Assembly (NCBI GenBank): GCA_002633005.1
Contig: NMRA01000638.1
Span: forward strand, 73,965-137,964
Source of the DNA: Phoronis australis
Lineage: Eukaryota; Animalia; Phoronida
Direction of reading: 5' to 3'
DNA: 64,000 bases
In this document: piece by piece, positions 51,801-60,800 of the stretch
Numbering within the stretch: the stretch's first letter is position 1
Layout: every line of letters starts with the position of its first letter
The notes under the pieces: model-generated
Seen by the model: only the letters and a program-made list of their open reading frames with translations
Told to the model about the DNA's origin: nothing
Database searches by the model: none
Program-made: the position numbers and the translations under genes

Positions 51801-54800
51801 TGACATTGAGTGCACCACTTTTGATAGCATCCTCAAAATTCAGTGCCAGAGGCATATTGCTCACTTTACTGTAACAATCTGGCAAGGCAATCTTGAAATC
51901 TTCAGCTCTTCCTTCAACAAGCTTGCCATTCACTAAATTTACAATGTTTTTTGCTATAGCTTCAGTCAGAGGGAACTTTGCACCAGTGGACAAATCTGTC
52001 ACAGCAGGCTTGTTGGCATCAATGAATCCTTGTCTCAAGGCCTCATTCAAACTGATTGTCTTTCCAGACACTGGATCGTGAAAGAAACCTGTTTTCGGAT
52101 TCATTAGACCAAGCTTGACGGCCTGTTCAAAAGAGTATGTCACGGTTGAGGAAGGTAACACTGGAACAAACTGTTGGGTCTGAACAGTCATTGTCATATT
52201 TTGATCTGGTTCTTTTGATAGAGGTGACAGTGGAAGAGAGTTAGTTGATGTCTGATCATGTATCTCTTTGTTCGGAGCATCTTTAGCTGGAATTAATTCG
52301 GACCGTTTCTTCAGCAAATTGGCAGCCTGGGCATCAACTACACCCTCACGAATTGCATCCAAAAGTGGCATGGATTCACCAGTGCTTTTTCTAGTAACAA
52401 CTCCATTTGACCAGTCAATGTCTAAGTCTTTCATTTCTTCCATTCGCTGAGACGTTAGTCTTGCCTTTTTCAGGATGTCTTCAGTAGACAGAGTTTCTTG
52501 CTCAGGAGTTAACACAGGCGTTGAGCCTTTTGATGGATTGACTAGGTTGCGAGTCATAGCCTCCTTCAAATTGAGAAGTTCTCCTGAATACAGGTTTTTG
52601 TAGATGGTCTCGTGTTCATCGATGATGCCGTACTCTTTAGCTTTATCCAGGGGGATTTCAGTGTGGAAGACTGGATGTATCACACTAACTATTTTCACTG
52701 GTGATTGTTTCGCTCCTGGCAAAGCATGTTCGCGGAAGATCTCTTCTCCACGTGTGGTACTGACCAGCTGGGCAGATATCAAACCCTCATTAAGTGCAAC
52801 TGGGATAGGTTTAGTTTCGCCGGTGCTAGGATTACAGTAGACGCCACGTTTCTGGTCAAGGATGCCATCATTAAGTGCATCTTCATACGAGACATCGTCA
52901 TTTGTGCGAGGATCAACAACAGTAGTGATCTCCCAGTGTCTTGTTTCTTCAACAATTTCTTCTGTTGTCATTTCAACATCAGTCTCTTCATCACCAATGT
53001 GCAGGCTACTTACACGTTTATCTCGTTGTTCACGTGCCATTCGCCCAGCCTGTGTGATCACCAACCCCTTCTCGATGGCGTCATTCAGATTCACTTTAGT
53101 CCCCGTATCAGGATTGACATAGAAGCCAGACATCTGATCAAGGATGCCCAACTGAATAGCATTGGACACGGACAATTTCTCCTTGGTGACTGGATGAATC
53201 ACACCACACACGGTCAATGTGGTTTGTTTCTCCATCGTAATGTGAGAGCCATCACCTTTCTCAGACACAGCAACATCAGATTCCTGCGCAATAACCAGCC
53301 CTTTCTGAATGGCTTCCACGAGCAGGATAGACTTTCCAGTCTTAGGGTTGACATACATGCCCTTTGCCTGGTCCAGGATGCCACGCCGTACAGCGTCGAT
53401 GATAGCAATATGTCGACCAGTGGTGGGATCTACCACACCTCCGACTGTAAACGTTTTTGTCTGCTGCACAAACTTCTCACCAACGGCTGACTGACCTGAC
53501 CCATCATCTACCAGTAACAAACCTTTCTTGACAGCGTCACTCAAGGAAACCATTTCACCAGTCTGAATGTTGAAGTAGATTCCTTTCTCAGTGTCAAAGA
53601 TTCCTTTCTGTATGGCCTCTTCTACAGAAACGTTTCTTCCCGTCTTAGGGTCCCTCACACTGTGTATATTGAGCTGCTCAACAGAAATACCCTGTGAAGG
53701 CTCAGTGCTCTTCACACCAGGTTTAATAAACTCCAATTCCCTAGTGACAATAATTCCCATCCTTATGCTTTTGTCCAATGAGAATCTTTCCCCAGACAAT
53801 CCAACAAAGTGCCCTGTGGGTTCCAAATGACCTTTTGTCATAGCCTCCAAAATCGTTGTTCTATTTTTCGTGCTGGGATCAACAAAAACTGCTGAGTCTG
53901 TATTCAACAGATCACTTGTAAGTGCTTCTTTCAAAGTAACGTTAGACCCTGTCTTTGGATTCTTGTAGAACCCAGTTTGCCCATTCAAGGCATGACTTTC
54001 AAGAGCATCCGCAATGGGAATACCAGGAGATGTTGAAGAAATTTTGCCTAGGAGTAGGCGCTTTGAATGAGACGCATTTGTTTCCTCCACACGTGTGGTG
54101 TGTGTTTCCTCAATAATTTCGCTTGTCCCTTGATCTAGGCTGGGTGTTGTCAAGCTCTGGGCTTCCATTATAGTCCTCGAAGCCTGAAACATAGCAAGGA
54201 TTAACATACAGCAAAAGTTAAATTCAAACCAAAAAACAAAGCCTAAGGTTGTGAAATATCAATTTTTACCACTTATGACAATACGGAAAACTATGTACGA
54301 TAACACTTAAAAAGATCCAAATCAAAACTTCTTCTGACCGATTTTATAACAGCCTTTATCATCACCAATAAAATGCGCACACATAACTGTATTTAAAACT
54401 GAATTGTGCTGGCTTGAACCAATTGGTATATATTTTGCACAATTAATTTAGAATATATATTTGTAATTAAAACAATAATTTATCAACTGAAGTTTTCAGA
54501 TATAATCACATCCTTTGTCAACAGAAATAGAAATAGAAATAAAGTAAAATCAAACATGATATGACAAATGACATCTAATATTTGGTGTCATGAACATGAT
54601 AGATTGTTGCAGAAAAAAAGTAAATTAAGTATATAATTTGAGAAGTCTTTATGTTTAACAAATTGGGTTGAAGTGTTTCAAGTTTATCTATCCAAAGTTG
54701 TTCTCTTTTCAGTCTGTGAGGGGTACTGGGAGTTTTTCTATTATTTGAACAGAAAGATCTTGTAGATTACGGTTTTTGTAATTGAAATGATTACCTTTGG

Positions 54801-57800
54801 CATAAGAAATGTTTTTAGGTATTATGTTAAATCTGATTGCGAAATCGAGTTTGTAGATAATGTTGAGTTTGTCATACGTATTGGATGGAACAATTTCTAC
54901 ATGTTAATACAAGGTAAATGATATTGGTGGTGGTGCAGTCTGAATGTTTTATTTCGAAGTTTTCATTGGTTTGAGAAGACTGGAAGAAAGTACTGTCCTT
55001 GATAAAGTTACACATTATACATCTAAATTTGTTACATTGTGTGCTGCCAATAGGTTTGTCAGTTTGGTTGTTTTTGTCCATATTTGCTCTAACTGAATAA
55101 TTTTTTAGACTTTTCCATTTTCTCCATATTATAGGACGATGAGGAAATAGGTTTTTCATTTGAGGGAAAATATGCAGAGTGGAAAAATGTTTTCTGGCTA
55201 ATTCCGTTTCAGCATGGACTGAACATGGTTATGAAAGGTATTCTAAGTATTAGTATTGAGGTATTTCGTTTTAGTTCTTAAAGATTCATTTCTTGTGATT
55301 GAACGGACTTTGTCAAACTGTGTGTAAGATGTAAGGGGAAATGACCATGACGTCAGTAATAATGAGTTCTTTTAAAGGCAGTTTCTTCTGAACACATGTG
55401 ACGAATTCTAAGTGCAAGACTATATAGAAGGCTTTTCTTACAGTGAAAGGGATGACATGAGTGATATGACAGATATTAGTGTTTGTCAGTTTCTTTACAG
55501 AATAAGTCAAGTTTCTATTTTATCATTACTAAGGGTGACAGTTACATCTAAAAATGAGATTTTATTTTGAGAAATGTCATGAGTGAACTTTATAGTAGGG
55601 TGAAATTTGTTAATATTTTCTAAGAATACATGCAATTTTTGTAAGCCATGGGTCAAGATAATAAAAATGTCGTTGATGTATCTTAGCCAGAGAAGTTTCT
55701 TTCAGTGCAAGATTGGATAAAGTTGTTTTCAAGATTTCCCATAAAAAGGTTAACAAAAGTAGGGACAACTCTAGTGCACATAGCAGTGTCTAATATTTGG
55801 AGATGATGTTTATTATTGAAAGTGAACATCCGCTACCACAAGAAACTATAGGAACACTACATTTATCCACCCTCACTCTCATCAGGCTTTTATTGTGAGT
55901 CAGCATGCGTGAATAATTGGCTGATAAGCCACCTATGGATGACCAGTCCATAAAATGATAAATAACCAAGACCAGTTAAATAATGCTGCATGGAATAGTT
56001 AATACCTTCATGGCAATTTTGAAAGAGTGGGTATCTTCTGCTAGTCTTTCGCCGAAAGTGCTTTAAAAAACTTGGTTTACCGACCTCTGATTTTATGGAT
56101 TATGCAAACATTCAAATTCAAATTTGCAACGTTTTCATTTCCGCCATCATTATGCTATGGAAACAAATTTTGGCAACAATCCGTACAAGCAACAAAGAAT
56201 ATGTCATAGCATAACCTAGCCTTGGTGGAAAGCTGTACTCCGTTGTTAAATTACGATCGTTTTTCAAAAATTGTGCTGAAATCCCAAGGCGAAAACTTGC
56301 CAACTGATGCGTCGCTGAATCACGATCGTCGATAGGAAAACTTGAATTCCTGAATAAAAATACATTTTCGACTCAACAAATTACTTGAAATCCTTATGTT
56401 TTACAATTTTTTAAGTTCATGTGGAGTCCAGATTAATTGCAATAAAGTCCAAATCTGCGCAACATTGTACCCCATAACACAAGAAAAATCTCTGGATGAA
56501 CACACATGTTGTTGTCACGTGGCGTCTGTTTTGAAGTTCATCTGCGTATGAGAGTGAGTGAGCGAGCGCGTGCGGGTCATCGACGACAGACTTTCTTGTT
56601 ATAAAAGGCGAAGGATTATGCAAGAAAATGACGTTTATTAGATTGTTTGTCACCTAATAAACAGCTACAACGTGCAAGGTGAGTGCCGGTTACCTCACAG
56701 ATTTTGTGTGCACAGGCCGACGGTCGTTAGCTCTACCATGGAGTAAATCAATAGCCCTAGGCTCGATCTACACGTTGGGGACGAGGTGAACTACCCGGGC
56801 TGTGTGGTACCTATACTCAGCCAGCTCGCTATATCAAGACTATCATCAAAATCCAAATTCGTTTTATCGTGGCCCTGTCAATAATAACGGCATGCTAAAG
56901 TTTCTTAAAGTTCGTATTTCAGGAACATAAGGATCCCGTGTTTTGTATACATACGCGTACGCTGCAGATCACATCTCGGAAATTTCCGATTTGAGGGATG
57001 ACAATGAATGAGCAAAATGAAATTAAACAACGTCGTTTTACAGCTTGTAAGAGCTATAATAAACGTATTTTGAATATTGCAATGCATGTGTTCCAAAATC
57101 TAAATAACTTGGGTCCTATATTTTTGTATTCGTGCGCGCCAAATGAAAGTAATCGTGAGTGTTGCTGTGTTGCTAAATCTCTTATTCTGGGCAGATTTGA
57201 AAAATTCAAAGTTATACCAACATTTTTTTTTCTCTCCTCTTTTCAAATATTACACTTAAAACTACGCAAAACGCTCTCCATAAAAAGTATGGTCATTTAG
57301 GCTAGATTGTTATCAGCTGATCGTATCCGCATGAGCAAAGCCAATTATCCTCGCTTGTGACTCAATGAATAGAGCAGCTAGGCGGGATCCCTTTGATCGT
57401 GAGCTGAGAGCGACACAGCCAAGGTGGATAAATACGGTCTAGTTCAATCGGCCAAACCCCACAGTTTTCCCTGATCAGTGGGGTTTGACGTCATCTCGTT
57501 CAGTGGGAATGTTTATGGCATGAAGTGATTCATGGTAGGTACATGTTCAAGAAGAGAGCGAATAAAAGAGGTAGGTACATTAGGATTATTACGTTGACTA
57601 AGAAATTTGGTACAGGCTTCTATGTTTAGGAATATTAGTGTATAAGCTTTTACCATCAAGAGTAACTTGGGGGACATTTTAGGTAAATTACAGATGTTTT
57701 TAATTATGTTAAGAAAATGACTGAAGGAAGGGTGGGGACAAATTGCTGGAGATGGTCCTCGGAAAACATAATTTTTTCAGTGGGGCACTTGTTGCTGGCT

Positions 57801-60800
57801 ATATTCGGGCGTCCAGGATTACCTTCTTTGTGGATTTTAGGAAGGAGATAAAAGCAACTTGGTTGAGCATCATTAGGAATGAAGTAGTTTTTGGTGTCTT
57901 TGTCGGTGCGACCAAAATGGAAAGCATTCAAAATAGTTTTAGTTATAATACTGATATGCTTTGTGTTGGGGTTATTATCTTAAAGTTTGTAGTATGTTGT
58001 GTCATTAAGTTGCCGGAGAGCCTCGTCAATATATTTCTGCCCTTCCATTATAACAACACCTGATCCCTTATCAGCTGGCTTAATCATGATTTTGTTGTTT
58101 TTAGAAATATTTGTGAGGGCATCTTTTTTTGAAGTTAGTGATATTACCGTAAACATTCGGGTTAACGTCCTGGGTGGTTACATAGGCGAACCCAAAAATT
58201 CGGGGGTGGGCGGTTAACCAGACATGGGCGCTTAAACGTGAAATTTCAAGAAATCATGGGTGGGCGGTTAACTGAACATGGGCACTTATTATGACAGACA
58301 ACCGCCCTAGGCGATTAATCTTACCTCACATGAGAAAGATCATTGCGAATTCTTCTCTTCATTTCACTATACTTCGCAGACATTGGTGAACATGTTCACT
58401 TGCGTAGCAGACAGTAGATGCACTGTCATTTTAACCCAGTTGTGGTCAAGCACGCGCTGACCGATTTTCCTGTTTGATGAGTGCGCGCGTGCAAGCTTCA
58501 TGTGCTGCAGAAGTCACAGCATAGATTAAATTTATGGCTACAGTCCCAAGTGCTAGCTGTCCAAGTTCTGAGCCAAAGAGCAGTTTTAAATAAGTTGTAA
58601 CATAAGTTTAAAAAACTTAATTCAGATTTGTTTTAGGGGCTTGCGATGCTCATGTTTGGGACTCTGTGACTGAATGAATTGCTAACAAATGGTTTACAGG
58701 CAGCTGTCTTATCCTGACCTCCCAGCGCTGCTCACTTCCCGTAGCGTGAAACTTGTTACGGTACGCAATGATGATCAAAATCGCAGACAAGCGGATACAC
58801 TCGAGGCAGTTGTCAATCAAAACATGGTTACCGCAACGACATTACTCAAGAACAATTATTTGCTTAAGATTTTATTTTAATAAATACTTATGAATTGAAT
58901 GGAGTGCGAGAGAAAATTAGTTCGTACACGCACGGCATCGGTAAAATAATTTGAAGATAAAGCTCCAAATATTCCGGTAACCGCAGCACCCCTGGTTTGC
59001 AACGTGTCCTTACTAGTGCTCGAAAGACGGACAGACTTGATAACCCGACAATTACATTCATCAAAATAGCAAGACTTTGACACCTTTCCGTGAGTTATGG
59101 GAATTTTTGAAAATCTGAGAACTTCCAACCTAAAGCTCATCGGGGGGAGGGGGGGTATTGTGGGGCCATACTTTTTTCAAATGATTGTGGTCATTCCTGG
59201 GTGCTTCCAGTTTAGTCAGGTTGTCTTCATTTTGGGATTCCTGTAGAGGCTCGAACCTGTTACTTTATCTGATGTAAACAATGTCTTTTTTGTTGTAGTT
59301 TTGTTTTTGCTCTTTGGTTTTCCAGTTACTTTCATCCAATTGTCTGTTTTAAAGTCAACTTTATCTTGAATATCTGTAAGGATTGCTTTTTCTCTTAGAA
59401 AACGTGTTGAACATGTGTTTTCTATTGTTTGAAAGAGATCACTATTTGGAGTGCAATAGGTTAAAATGATGGTTGCGGTGCAGAAGTACTATGAACTTCT
59501 TGTCGTTGCTGTTGATATTCTTTGAGGTATATTTAACCCAGCATATGTCGTCACCAACTGTAGTATTGACATAGATGTCCTTATAAAAAACAGCAAAAGT
59601 TGCGAATATTTTGGCTTGAGTGGCCCACGATTTGGTATTACAATTTTTGTTAAGATTCTGAGATCGTCAAAATTTTGAAAATAGTTTTATTGGTCTACTA
59701 TTCATGCTTAAAAAGAGATTTCAGAAATTCGATCCTAGGTAACTAAGGTAATCCGTTTCGCATTTTCAGCATCAGAGGACCAACACTTAAGCACATACCT
59801 TGGGTTTAACGGGTGAGGTACTGCCAGGGTCTAGGAGTCCCAGGCCGACTGCCTCTTCCAGGGTCATTTTCCTGCCAGATGAGGGGTCCATGAACATTCC
59901 TACTTTCTCGTCGATCAAGTTGCGACGAAGAGCTTCTTCCCAAGGCACGCAGATAACCTGCGTCGAAATTTTAATGGCACCTGTAGACAAAAATTAGGAA
60001 AACAATGAATGACCAGTTCAAAAGCCTTAGATTATCATGGCAAAGATACAGCAGCCAGACCAACAGCTTGTACTTTAAAGCATATCAAACTGAGGCGTTT
60101 AAAAAACCCTTAATTAGACCAACCTGCTTTGCATTGTAGCATTAAAACTAATCTAAAGTATATCTTTAGTGTAATTAGCATTACAGTATAAATTAACATA
60201 ACACTTTGTCCTTATCATCACTTGTTATTCCATTTTCCGCAATTTACACTTTGTTTTATTCTCTTCACCAAACAATACGTGCATCTCCAACATTTACGGA
60301 ACTCCTCTCGACAAGTTAGGTTCCGTATACCTTTGTAGTCACTTGCAGATGGCAATGACGGCTTGATCATGGAAGTGATGGTGGTAGCTGTCAGGACAGG
60401 TGCAGTCAACTGCAGCAGCTCTGCAGCCTTATCAGTGGTGATGATGCCACGCTGCACAGCCTCCTCCACTGTCACAGTTTTGGAACTGGTAGGGTCAGTG
60501 ACAGTGCCAGACTCCGGGTCGAAAAAGCCATGTTGGACTGCTTTAACAATGCTGATCTGCAAAAATAACAACAGAGCATATGAATATGAAGTTTGTGCAG
60601 CTATATGGGACAGTTGAAACACCACCATGTAAAGACAATAGACTTAAAAAGGCAAATAAAACTCTAGTTATTAATCGACTTAAAAATTTAGAAGCTGATT
60701 TTCTAGAAGAGACATTTTTCCGTGTTAGTTATAATTGTGAATTTGACATGTATTTGTCACCTAGAAAACACAATGTACAACTTACTATTGAACCTGATTT

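Larger units (their letters stand above)
54640..59520 (-). pseudogene. Decayed Penelope-like retroelement (RT + Cys-rich linker + GIY-YIG), fragmented by two insertions
   Basis: IKPADKGSGVVIM (about 58050-58090), FYLLPKIHKEGNPGRP (about 57810-57855), WLRYINDIF (YIDD decayed, about 55660-55690), YHSCHP, C..C..C and IIYL..CRNCSIQYV (54872-55050); many frameshifts. Confidence 0.88.

Noticed and set aside
52705-53490. 261-aa plus-strand ORF and many other plus-strand ORFs in 42-54 kb
   Set aside because: Antisense shadows of the giant coding exons, with no recognisable domains
41943-54207. The two long ORFs as stand-alone intronless genes (e.g. epiplakin-like)
   Set aside because: Both are bounded by good splice sites in phase with the neighbouring spectraplakin exons
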